From Polyangiaceae bacterium (GTDB lineage: Bacteria > Myxococcota_A > Polyangia > Polyangiales > Polyangiaceae): a stretch of 64,000 nt of DNA. The stretch is from assembly GCA_033763455.1 (NCBI GenBank), contig JANRKO010000007.1, positions 25,072 through 89,071 of the forward strand, given 5' to 3'. Shown here piece by piece: positions 9,125 through 18,393 of this stretch. Positions within the stretch are counted from its first letter, which is position 1. Each line of letters opens with the position of its first letter. The position numbers and the translations under genes are program-made. A model generated the notes under the pieces. The model was not told where the DNA came from. It saw nothing but the letters and a program-made list of their open reading frames with translations, and ran no database searches.

Positions 9125-10045
9125 ATGTGGAAGGGTGCTTTCAGCCGCGGGTTGACGTGGGGAGCTGCAAGTCGAAGTTGGGCAGTCCCGCGGTGCTTCT
9201 CAAAAGCCGTAAGGATGACAGCCGTCGCCTTTTTGGTATTCGTTGCTGGCGTGTCAATAGGTTGCGCTCATGCCCCCCCGCCGGTTCCCGGCCCGCTTCG
9301 AGGCCCGGGATTTCAGGCGAACGCTGGGTACTACGGCACCTCAGAGCCTCTCAAGCTCACCTTCCGCGAGCCGGCGAGCCAGATACAGGTTAATGTTGGG
9401 CAATCAGGAGGGGCTCCTGTTATTCCTCACCGCTTCGGCGGGAGATGGAGCGGTGCGGAGTGGTTCGACCTAGGGGCTGACGTCACCTTGCTCGACGCGG
9501 GTGGGGATGTGCGGTTCGGGATGTCGGAGAAACTGACATCCGTTCCGTGGTCAGTATCTCTAGGAGGGCGAAGCGGGGGTGCAGGGCCAATCTCCAAGGA
9601 TAACCGGAGTATTCGAGAACTTCGCCTCCGCCTGGATGCCTATCCGCGTCTTGCTCGCAAGTTAGGTCTTAGCTTGAGCGCAGGTATCAGTCGGGGCAGG
9701 AGGTGGGCATATTATGAAGCTAAGACCTACGATAACTTTGTGAGTGAGGGGGTTACTCTGCTCTGGGAGGATACTCGGCTTGAGGCGACGCTCGGGGCCA
9801 ATTGGGATCTCTCGCCGAACCGGTTCGGCGCAAGAGCTGGGGTGATGCCCTATGTTATTTTGGGAGATGCCCAAGGAGTTAAGGGAAAATCGAGTCTGCC
9901 CGCCTATGCGCAGCTAACCGACGTTTCACAGGACTTCGGCTTCGTATTTTTTCTGGATATATGGGCATTTATCAGGTTCGGGAAAAAGCCGACGATAAGT
10001 CAGGATTCGACCCCCTCAACAAGGAGCGAAGGCACCAAACCTTAA
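9125..10045 (+). CDS. Hypothetical exported/lipoprotein, possibly beta-rich outer-membrane protein (start 9125 or 9215)
   Basis: Long ORF; hydrophobic stretch ending VSIGC; no recognisable family. Confidence 0.5.
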   Translation: MWKGAFSRGLTWGAASRSWAVPRCFSKAVRMTAVAFLVFVAGVSIGCAHAPPPVPGPLRGPGFQANAGYYGTSEPLKLTFREPASQIQVNVGQSGGAPVIPHRFGGRWSGAEWFDLGADVTLLDAGGDVRFGMSEKLTSVPWSVSLGGRSGGAGPISKDNRSIRELRLRLDAYPRLARKLGLSLSAGISRGRRWAYYEAKTYDNFVSEGVTLLWEDTRLEATLGANWDLSPNRFGARAGVMPYVILGDAQGVKGKSSLPAYAQLTDVSQDFGFVFFLDIWAFIRFGKKPTISQDSTPSTRSEGTKP

Positions 10046-10054
10046 TGATCCACC

Positions 10055-10951
10055 CTACTCTTTGGCCTTGCCAAAAATCTTAGAACCGGGCGGCACGGAC
10101 TTGGTGAGCCACACATTGCCGCCGATCACGGAACCCGCGCCAATCACCGTATCGCCGCCCAAAATGGTGGCACCGGAGTAGATGGTGACGTCGTTTTCAA
10201 GTGTGGGGTGGCGTTTTCGGGCGAGCCCATTTGGGTGGTCGCTCCGCTTGGTGGAAATGGCTCCCAAGGTAACGCCTTGGTACACTTTCACATTGGTGCC
10301 GATCTCGCATGTTTCGCCGATCACCACGCCGGTGCCGTGATCCAGGAAAAAGCCCTCGCCGATCTTGGCGCCCGGGTGAATATCGATACCTGTCGCGCTG
10401 TGGGCGTATTCGGAAATAATTCGCGGGATCATCGGCACGCCTTCTTGGAAAAGAATGTGGCCAATGCGGTGGCAAGTGAGCGCTTCAATGGCCGGGTAGC
10501 TGAAGACAACTTCCTCAACGCTCCGCGCTGCGGGATCCCCCTCGTAGGCGGCGAGAAGATCGGCATTGAGGATTCGGCGAAGCTCGGGCAGGCGATTGAA
10601 TAGGCGCAACACTACAGATTGACTAAAATCCTCACAATCTGGCTTGGCGTCTCGATGGGCGCGCTTTTCGTAAGTAACCGCGCGATTGATTTGCCCCGTT
10701 AAGATCTCGTACGCGGGGTATACGTGCTCGCTGATCGCGAAGCGTAGGTTGTGAGGGTTCAGCGAGCGCTGGCTGTAAAAGCCGATGTAGATGATCGGCT
10801 TCAGATGATTCAACGCGGTGATGACGGCGCGCTTATTGGGTAGGGCGGCACTTTCGAGATTATTGATCTCTTGCGGGCCGGAGTAGCTGTCGACGACGGC
10901 ATCAATGGCGTCCTCCAGCTCTTCAATGCGCGTGGGCGGGATGTTGGGCAT
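10055..10951 (-). CDS. cysE: Serine O-acetyltransferase
   Basis: GDPAARS..SYPAI..TGIDIHPGAKIG..DHGTGVVIGET..YQGVTLG..KRHPT; start assigned to MPNIPP at 10951. Confidence 0.9.
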   Translation of the reverse strand: MPNIPPTRIEELEDAIDAVVDSYSGPQEINNLESAALPNKRAVITALNHLKPIIYIGFYSQRSLNPHNLRFAISEHVYPAYEILTGQINRAVTYEKRAHRDAKPDCEDFSQSVVLRLFNRLPELRRILNADLLAAYEGDPAARSVEEVVFSYPAIEALTCHRIGHILFQEGVPMIPRIISEYAHSATGIDIHPGAKIGEGFFLDHGTGVVIGETCEIGTNVKVYQGVTLGAISTKRSDHPNGLARKRHPTLENDVTIYSGATILGGDTVIGAGSVIGGNVWLTKSVPPGSKIFGKAKE

Positions 10952-11116
10952 GCGGCGGAACCTCAGTCTACCCGGTTCGGCGGCCCTCACCAACTTGTCC
11001 ATGGAGGGCCGCATAGCCCGAGTTTGGGGCCGAAAGGTGACGTGCCCGACCCGAATTCGTGACGTTGGTTCGGTCCCTAGGCTAGGCTCGCAAGAGCCCA
11101 ACCGCTGAGGACTGAA

Positions 11117-11788
11117 GTGCCGGAGTTGACCTTAGAAGAACCCGAGCGACTAGCCGTCGAAACGCTCGACGACCTTTCGCCAAGTCAAGATCCGGGGTTT
11201 TTGCGACTCGTACGGCGCCGCTTTCAGTTGCGGTTGGCCGATGGACGAATAAGTGAGCCCTTTGTGTACGACGCGATTTCGCGAAAGGCGCTCGATGCGG
11301 TGGTAATTGTGCCTCACTTTGTAGAGGAGGGGCGCCGCTTCGTTTATCTTATTAGCTCCGTTCGCCCGCCGTTAGCTTTGAGAGATGATTCTAGAATGGC
11401 GGGGGATGGCCCTACGCATGCCGTTTTGTGGGAACTTCCCGCCGGGCTCATCGAGCCGGAAGAGTTGGGCGTAGTGGGTGCGAGAACTGCGGCTAAACGT
11501 GAATTGTTCGAAGAGATCGGCTTTGACGTGCCGGAAGGGTCACTCACCGAACTCGGGAGAAGCTCCTTTCCGGCGCCGGGTGTGATTGGCGAGCGTCACT
11601 TCTTTTTCGAAGTGGAGGTCGCTCCAAGTTCCCGTCAGGTTCCTGGGCTTGATGGTTCGGTGTTGGAGCAGCATGGGCGAGTGGGCGTATTCGAGGTAGA
11701 GGCAGCTCTTTTGGCCTGCAGGGAAGGGCGCCTGGAAGACGCGAAAACGGAGCTAGGTTTGCGGCGGCTGAAGGAGAGGTTTGCTTGA
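11117..11788 (+). CDS. NUDIX hydrolase (ADP-ribose pyrophosphatase-like)
   Basis: WELPAGLIEPEE..AAKRELFEEIG Nudix box; EDAKT. Confidence 0.85.
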   Translation: MPELTLEEPERLAVETLDDLSPSQDPGFLRLVRRRFQLRLADGRISEPFVYDAISRKALDAVVIVPHFVEEGRRFVYLISSVRPPLALRDDSRMAGDGPTHAVLWELPAGLIEPEELGVVGARTAAKRELFEEIGFDVPEGSLTELGRSSFPAPGVIGERHFFFEVEVAPSSRQVPGLDGSVLEQHGRVGVFEVEAALLACREGRLEDAKTELGLRRLKERFA

Positions 11789-11822
11789 GCGGGTCACACG
11801 GGGTCTGGAAGAAGGGCTTCGC

Positions 11823-12755
11823 ATGACTTCGTCACACGTTATCCTTGTGGCTAAGAAGTCTGCGTATCAGCGCTACGTGGAGCAGAAGCAAGATGCTCGT
11901 GCGCAGGAGTTACTGCGAGCATCCGATCCTGCTGTGGCCAGCTGGATGGCTTCGCACGAAGAACACGAGCGCACGTTGGGGCAAGCCAAAGCTGTGCTTG
12001 CCAAGCTGAACGCGAAAGTTACGGTGCGGGCGGCCTCTCACACCCCATTTGAGACCAAAGGCGCCGATCTTGTTTTGACGGTGGGTGGGGATGGCACGTT
12101 GCTCAGCGCTTCGCACAACGTGGGCCTGGTGCCGGTGTTGGGCGTCAATAGCTCCCCTAGCTTCAGCGTGGGTTTCTTCTGCGCGGCCAATGCCAGCAAC
12201 CTCGAAGACATGCTGGTGCAGGCGCTTCAAGACCGCACCGAGCGAGTAGTGCTTACGCGGATGCAGGTAACACTCAATGGAGATCGCATTTCGAATCGTG
12301 TTTTGAATGAAGCGCTCTATTGTCACGCCTCTCCGGCGGCCACGTCTCGCTACATTTTGGAAGCGAGCTCCATCTCGGAGGAGCAGCGTTCGAGCGGGTT
12401 TTGGGTGGGGCCCGCTGCGGGTTCCACCGGCGCATTGCATTCTGCAGGTGGGACGATCCTGCCGCTATCAGCGCCGGAATTGCAGTTGGTGGTGCGGGAG
12501 CCGTATACGCCAGCTGGTCAGCGTTACGAGTTGCTAAAGGTGATTGTCTCCCAGAACGAAAGCATCGTGGTGCGAAGCAAAATGCAGGATGGCGCCATGT
12601 TTCTGGATGGGCCGTACAAGCGCGTGGCGGTGCGCCTGGGCGATGTTGCGTCTTTTGCGACTTCAGATGAACCGCTTACGTTGCTTGGCTTTTCCAAGCG
12701 TCGCCATGTTCCAAGCGTAACCGGCCGAGACTTCGCCGGTACGCGAGAATCCTGA
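11823..12755 (+). CDS. nadK: NAD(+) kinase
   Basis: GGDGTLL, LNE, GSTG..SAGG motifs. Confidence 0.85.
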   Translation: MTSSHVILVAKKSAYQRYVEQKQDARAQELLRASDPAVASWMASHEEHERTLGQAKAVLAKLNAKVTVRAASHTPFETKGADLVLTVGGDGTLLSASHNVGLVPVLGVNSSPSFSVGFFCAANASNLEDMLVQALQDRTERVVLTRMQVTLNGDRISNRVLNEALYCHASPAATSRYILEASSISEEQRSSGFWVGPAAGSTGALHSAGGTILPLSAPELQLVVREPYTPAGQRYELLKVIVSQNESIVVRSKMQDGAMFLDGPYKRVAVRLGDVASFATSDEPLTLLGFSKRRHVPSVTGRDFAGTRES

Positions 12756-13013
12756 AATTACACCCACATTTGTCTACGTGGCACGTCTCGGAACCACGAC
12801 GCAGCGGCAGGGTCCTGACCCCGCTCAATGAATGAGTTCAAGCGCTTGGCTCATCTCACCTGCAGGATGGCAAAGGTTGCTGTAGACTTTATGGAGTGGC
12901 TCCGGAAGAGGTGCTCGGCAAAGAGCCTACTTTTTCGGTGCTCCCCTGAGCCGATTGATTACGGCTCGGGCCCTTAGCCGTACCACTCATTTCTTCACTT
13001 GGAGCCCCTCCTT

Positions 13014-13814
13014 ATGAAAAAAGTAGCGTCCGTTGTCAGTTGTGGTTTTGTTTTCATTGCTGGCCTTTCGCTCACCGGCGCGTGTTCGGGTGAGGCTTTT
13101 GAGGGAAGCCTCGCTGCGGGTGGAGTGGGGGGTTCTCTGGCCTCTGGGGGCACAGGCGGAAAGAATTCTATGGGCGGCGCCAAGGCCACTACGGGTGGCG
13201 CGTTGGGTTCCGGCGGGCAGATGGGAAGCGGAGGCGTTAGCGCTATTGGGGGCGCGGGAAACGGAGGGCGCCCTGGAGTGGGTGGTTCGCAACCTGGCGG
13301 GGGAGCACCTCCAGTTAACTCCTGCAACAACGAAGCCGACTGTACTGCTTGTTTGTACCCCACCGCCCCCAAAACCCACGACGAATGTTACTGCCCCACG
13401 TGTGCGAGCACGCCTCTTTCAAGGGCTCTCTGCGATTACAACGAGAACGCGTTCAAAGCCCAGCAGTGCGACACTTCGATGTGCCCGCTTGCGCCATGCG
13501 CTGTGCCCGAGCCCGTGGGCTGCGATAATCAAAAGTGCGTCTTCAAGAGTTCGGGCGGTGTCGAGTGCGAACGCAGCACCGACTGCACCAACTGTGCGTA
13601 CGCCACCGCGCCGCAAAGCCCCAACCAGTGCACGTGCCCCGGTTGCGGTACGCCCATGCCCGTCTCGCGCTGCGAAGACAACACCAAAGCTTGGGAAGAG
13701 CAGGGGTGCAGTAACCTCGCCCTTCCTTGCCCCGCGATTGCGTGCATTCAGGCAGGGCCAGCTATCTGCTCGCCAGACGGAAAATGCATCGCCGATCCGA
13801 ATATGGCGTTCTAG
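13014..13814 (+). CDS. Lipoprotein with Gly-rich linker and two tandem Cys-rich domains
   Basis: Lipobox LTGAC; Gly-rich stretch; two ~70-aa modules with near-matching Cys spacing. Confidence 0.75.
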   Translation: MKKVASVVSCGFVFIAGLSLTGACSGEAFEGSLAAGGVGGSLASGGTGGKNSMGGAKATTGGALGSGGQMGSGGVSAIGGAGNGGRPGVGGSQPGGGAPPVNSCNNEADCTACLYPTAPKTHDECYCPTCASTPLSRALCDYNENAFKAQQCDTSMCPLAPCAVPEPVGCDNQKCVFKSSGGVECERSTDCTNCAYATAPQSPNQCTCPGCGTPMPVSRCEDNTKAWEEQGCSNLALPCPAIACIQAGPAICSPDGKCIADPNMAF

Positions 13815-13854
13815 GCTTCTCGCGCGCGCCCCGCCCCCCCCCTATACACCTCCT

Positions 13855-16800
13855 CTACTTTAGGATAGCCCACGCGCACTGGGGGGTGCAGCCGGGCACG
13901 CTGTCGCACTGTTCACCGTGGTTAGCTTGAATGCGACCGTCTCCACAATAGGGTGCGATGAGGCAGCCCTTAGTGCAAAGGTTGATATCCTTTGCTGCAC
14001 TGTATGGGTCAGTTTGGTTGTTGGCGCCCTTATCGCACTGCTCAGGCCCGTTCGTTGTGCCGTCACCACAGTAGCCGGCGAATTTGCACGTATTGGTACA
14101 GGTGCCGTAGCTGCCATTGTTAACGCCATCGTCGCATTCTTCGCCGCTATCCACGCTGCCGTTGCCGCACTTGATACGGCAGCGCGCGTCGCAGTTGCTC
14201 TGAGCCGTGCCATTGCTGGCACCCGCGTCGCACTGTTCGATGCCGTCTTTCACCCCATTGCCACAAGAGGCAAGAGGAATGGCCGCTTTGCAGTCAGTGG
14301 AGCACGAGCCGGGGGCGCCGCTGTTCACGCCGTCGTCGCACTTCTCGCCGAACGCCGCATCGACCGCTTTGTTGCCACAGTAAGGCGCAGGGCGACAGGC
14401 AGTGGTGCAGAGGTTGTTGCCGTAAGCGGAGCTCATATTCTGAGCACCGGCGTCGCATAGCTCACCAGCCGTGGATTGAAGAGCAGCGTCACCGCAGCGC
14501 GGGCCAAGCACACACAGGGGTGCACAAGTTCCGTAGCTACCGTCGTTTTTGCCATCGTCGCACATCTCGCTCTGCTGTTTGATGCCGTCGCCGCAGCGTG
14601 GACCAAGCAAACACGCGGAGGTGCATTTCCCGTAGCCACCGATGTTATTGACGGTACCGTCGTCACATTGCTCGCCAGCATCAAGCGTTCCGTTTCCGCA
14701 CTTTAGCTTGCAGTCAATTTGACAGATGCTGCCGGAAGTGCCGTTGAGCACGCCTGTGTCGCAAGCTTCCCCGTTAGTCGCGACACCGTCGCCGCAGGAT
14801 GGGCCGAGCGTACAGCTAGTGGTGCAGCCACCGTAAGCTGCGCCTGATTGGTTGTTAACGCCGGCGTCGCACTGTTCACCTGCGCCAGGAGCGCCGTCAC
14901 CACAGTAGGGAGCCCACATGCAGCCTGGGCCGCACTTTTTTGTCGTGCCACCATAGGTTGCGAGATTCACGCCGTCGTCGCACTCTTCACCATTGCCGGT
15001 CTGCACCGTAGCGTCTCCGCAGCGGGGGGAGAGTGTGCAGTTGGCGTTGCAGGTACCGTAGACGCCCGTATTGAGGCTCACGCCCATGCCATTTTTTCCA
15101 AGATCACACGCTTCATCGCGGGTCACGATGCCGTCGCCGCAGGTGCTCTTGCAGCTGCTCTTGGCGGTTACAAATCCGGCGAGTGTGAGATTGAAGGTGC
15201 TGAGAAACGTGTGTCGCTCAGCGTGAAACAAGACAACTTCGTAAACGTTGCCCACAGTCAGGCCCAGTTGCATGGCTTTGGTGGCGTTGAGCGTGACGCT
15301 CTGAGTATCAGGCCCATGCAAACCACCGATATCTACGGCTAGCTTTCCGTTGATGAAGACCCAGACGTCGTCATCCCCCGTGAAGCTCAACACTTCGCCG
15401 CCTTTGTACTCGAACCAGTAGATAATCTCCGAGGTGAAGCCGAAATTGTGCGTTTCGTACACATCTTCCTTGTTCTGCGCGACCCAGCCTCGGCCATCTA
15501 GGGGGAAGAAGGTGTCGTCTGGGAAGAGATATGTGCCGTTCGGTTGGCGCGTGAGCGTTAACTTCTGGACGTACGTCATGTTTACGGCGGGAACGTCGCG
15601 GTACCATTGGTCGAAGGCCGCCTTGTTCGTGGTTTGTTCGTCGTATGGGCACCTTGCCTCGTTCCCGATGTTGGGGCTGCCCACCTCGCACCTGCCCGTG
15701 TAGACAGGCTTGCCATCCGCGCCCAGAGTGGCGTTCACCAGGCCCGTAGTTCTTGCATCGCCGGCGTACTCCTCGAAGTCTGGATGCCGGACCCCACCGT
15801 TCTTCGGTAGTGCGATGAAGTCACGGAAAGTTACTGGCACATCCAATGTGTTGCCCAAACTGCTCAGCGAGTCGGTGCACGTAAAACCCGCCTCTACCTT
15901 ACAGGTTGCCGAGCAACCATCGCCGGCTGCGTTGTTGCCGTCGTCGCACTCCTCCGCGTCTTTTGGCAGCTTGATGCCGTCACCACACTTCGACTGGCAA
16001 GCACCTAGGCTGCAATCAGGCTCAAGCTGGCAGAAGGGGTTGCAGCCATCGCCGACCACATTGTTGCCATCGTCGCACGGCTCTTTGCCCTCTTTTTTGG
16101 CGTCACCGCACACCGTGGGGACGCAGGCAGCGCCGGGCGTGGGGCACTTATAGCCATTTTCCAGGAGGCAAGCCGCGCTGCAGCCGGGGCTCGCGTTGTT
16201 CATATCATCGCACTCTTCGTTGCCCGCCACGATACCATCTCCGCACTGCTTGGCGCGGCACACACCTCCGAGTGGACACTCCCAGCCTGCCTCTACTTGG
16301 CAATTGTTGCAGCCGTCACCGACACTCGCATTCTTGTCGTCACAGGTTTCGTTGCCGGTTACTTTGCCGTCGCCGCACACTACCGTCGACACACAAGGCG
16401 AGCCCGGTTGTGGGCACGCGAAGTCAGCTTCGGTGACGCACACGGTAGAACAGCCGTCGCTTCCGCGGGGGAGGCATTTGCCGCCGCCAATGTTCACGCA
16501 AGCTGCGTCGCTGGTGCAGCTGGCTCCGTTGTCACACTTGGAACCGTCGTCGCACTGTTCGTTGCGTGCGAGGCTCACTTTGCCGTCACCGCACCATTCA
16601 ATGGCTGAGCAGGCTTGCCCAGCGCTGGGGCACGTGAAGCCAGGGCTCACTTCGCACTTGTCGGTACAGCCATCGCTCGGGTTGGTGTTGCCGTCGTCGC
16701 AGTATTCACCAAAATCGAGGACGCTATCGCCGCAGCTCGCCACGGCCACCGGCGTACAGGTGCCGCCAACTCCCGCTGTGGTGGGGCATGAGAAGTTCGG

Positions 16801-17736
16801 TTCTGTGCTCTTGCAGTCGGCGGCGCAGCCGTCTCCCGCACCCGTATTGCCGTCATCGCACGCTTCGTCGCCGACAACCTTGGAATCGCCACACACAATG
16901 GTGCTCTGACACGGCGCGCCTTGCGTTGGGCACACGTAGAACGGTTCAAGATTGCAGAGCCCGGTGCAGCCGTCCCCCGGAGCTGTATTACCGTCGTCGC
17001 AGCCTTCCGTGTCGCTCAGGCGGCTATTGCCGCAGTATTCGTCAAGCACGCAGAGCTCGCCCGGCTGCGGACAGGTGTAGCCCTGCTCTAATGTGCAACC
17101 CATGCTGCAACCGTCTCCAGATAGGCTGCCGCCGTCGTCACAGGTTTCCCCTGCGTTGATCACTCCGTCGCCACATACGGCGGTAGTTACCGGAGTACAC
17201 GGTTGCCCTGGGGTGGCGCAGCCGAAACCCGGCTCCACTTGGCAGGTAGCATCGCAACCGTCGCCCGGCGCTGGGTTATTGTCGTCACAGGCTTCAGAAG
17301 CTTCCACTTGCCCGTTGCCGCACACCACGGTGCTCACACAAGCCACCCCAGGCGTAGCGCACGCGAAGTTCGCTTCGACACGGCACAACCCCGAACAACC
17401 ATCCCCAGGGCGTGAATTGCCGTCGTCGCACACCTCGCCCATCTCGATGATGGAGTTGCCGCAGGTAGCAGTGGCCGTGGGATCGACTGGGCACGACATG
17501 TTCGCGCACATCCCCGAACCGGCAGCGCCACCGTTGCCCAGATTGAGGATCGGATCAATGTTCGGGCCCGTGCTGGAGCCGCCCGTTCCAGGCAAATTGA
17601 GCATCGGATCGTCAGGTGTGGCCCCTGAGGCGTTAGGGTCCAGCGCGTCGCTGCCAGGCTTCGGCGATGAGCCACACCGCACCAGAATGGCTAACAACCC
17701 TAAAACACCCAAAGCCTTAAGTGACACACTGCGCAT
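13855..17736 (-). CDS. Large Myxococcus Cys-rich repeat (DUF4215-like) surface protein with a central fibro-slime (PA14-like) domain
   Basis: Many CG(D/N)G..E.CDDGN..GDGC repeats; central FRDF..HPDFE..FDQWYRD..FFPLD..HNFGFTSE..FTGDDDVWVFINGKLAVDIGGLH..FHAERH. Confidence 0.92.
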   Translation of the reverse strand: MRSVSLKALGVLGLLAILVRCGSSPKPGSDALDPNASGATPDDPMLNLPGTGGSSTGPNIDPILNLGNGGAAGSGMCANMSCPVDPTATATCGNSIIEMGEVCDDGNSRPGDGCSGLCRVEANFACATPGVACVSTVVCGNGQVEASEACDDNNPAPGDGCDATCQVEPGFGCATPGQPCTPVTTAVCGDGVINAGETCDDGGSLSGDGCSMGCTLEQGYTCPQPGELCVLDEYCGNSRLSDTEGCDDGNTAPGDGCTGLCNLEPFYVCPTQGAPCQSTIVCGDSKVVGDEACDDGNTGAGDGCAADCKSTEPNFSCPTTAGVGGTCTPVAVASCGDSVLDFGEYCDDGNTNPSDGCTDKCEVSPGFTCPSAGQACSAIEWCGDGKVSLARNEQCDDGSKCDNGASCTSDAACVNIGGGKCLPRGSDGCSTVCVTEADFACPQPGSPCVSTVVCGDGKVTGNETCDDKNASVGDGCNNCQVEAGWECPLGGVCRAKQCGDGIVAGNEECDDMNNASPGCSAACLLENGYKCPTPGAACVPTVCGDAKKEGKEPCDDGNNVVGDGCNPFCQLEPDCSLGACQSKCGDGIKLPKDAEECDDGNNAAGDGCSATCKVEAGFTCTDSLSSLGNTLDVPVTFRDFIALPKNGGVRHPDFEEYAGDARTTGLVNATLGADGKPVYTGRCEVGSPNIGNEARCPYDEQTTNKAAFDQWYRDVPAVNMTYVQKLTLTRQPNGTYLFPDDTFFPLDGRGWVAQNKEDVYETHNFGFTSEIIYWFEYKGGEVLSFTGDDDVWVFINGKLAVDIGGLHGPDTQSVTLNATKAMQLGLTVGNVYEVVLFHAERHTFLSTFNLTLAGFVTAKSSCKSTCGDGIVTRDEACDLGKNGMGVSLNTGVYGTCNANCTLSPRCGDATVQTGNGEECDDGVNLATYGGTTKKCGPGCMWAPYCGDGAPGAGEQCDAGVNNQSGAAYGGCTTSCTLGPSCGDGVATNGEACDTGVLNGTSGSICQIDCKLKCGNGTLDAGEQCDDGTVNNIGGYGKCTSACLLGPRCGDGIKQQSEMCDDGKNDGSYGTCAPLCVLGPRCGDAALQSTAGELCDAGAQNMSSAYGNNLCTTACRPAPYCGNKAVDAAFGEKCDDGVNSGAPGSCSTDCKAAIPLASCGNGVKDGIEQCDAGASNGTAQSNCDARCRIKCGNGSVDSGEECDDGVNNGSYGTCTNTCKFAGYCGDGTTNGPEQCDKGANNQTDPYSAAKDINLCTKGCLIAPYCGDGRIQANHGEQCDSVPGCTPQCAWAILK

Positions 17737-18210
17737 ACAAGTATCCTCTGCGGTGCGCTAGGAGAAACCTGCGACCGAAAAATAGAATCCCAACCGTACG
17801 AGCGCACTATTCACTTAACTGCCGTTACGAGTCAAGAATTCTTAAGGCCTCGCACGAATTATTTTGTGCAGCGGTAATGGAAGCGTGAGACACATACACT
17901 GTGTGCGTCGGCGCGTAGCTAACGTCAGCAACGGAGGTAGGTGTCGCGGTTTGGAGTGCATTACCTCTCTGTGTGTGACGCGGTTACCGCCACACCTACA
18001 TGCGGGCGATCCGGTATTTGGGGGAAATTGAGTTGAGCGATCTGATGTTACTCACGCGAGACGCGAGACCAGATCCACTGAATCGTCCCCACCTCACCTA
18101 TGCCTACACCTACGCTGATACACCGAAGTTCCGGTGTCGAGGTGAGCCTAGAGTTTGGCTCTTCCCGTCGTCTTGTGTGCGACCCCGCAGGCTCAGAGAT
18201 GTCCCGCGCG

Positions 18211-18320
18211 CTTGAGCGCACGCCCGATGCACTCAACCAACTGACAGCTGACCTCTTGAGCGCACGCCCGATGCACCCACTAACCTAAACCTGACCTCTA
18301 AGCGCACGTCTAACACACCG
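18211..18320. repeat. Three degenerate direct repeats with 43-44 bp period
   Basis: cttgagcgcacgcccgatgcac at 18211 and 18255; degenerate third copy at 18298; ctgacct precedes copies 2 and 3. Confidence 0.8.
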
Positions 18321-18355
18321 AATGCGCTGGCCTCGGCTCCCGAGCGCTCAGAACG

Positions 18356-18377
18356 GGGTGGTTCGCCAGAGCCACCC
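18356..18377. terminator. Hairpin downstream of the DUF362 gene, possible terminator
   Basis: gggtggttc-gcca-gagccaccc stem; no clear U-tract on the gene strand. Confidence 0.35.
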
Positions 18378-18393
18378 GCATTTAAGCGAATGC

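Noticed and set aside
10055..10951. cysE as part of the EPS system
   Set aside because: Full-length serine acetyltransferase in a housekeeping context; the EPS locus has its own short acetyltransferase
13860..17761. Long antisense and alternate-frame ORFs over the Cys-rich gene and other genes
   Set aside because: Shadow ORFs expected from high GC and repetitive codons
18211..18320. CRISPR array
   Set aside because: Only three units, ~15-nt linkers, no cas genes; kept as a plain repeat
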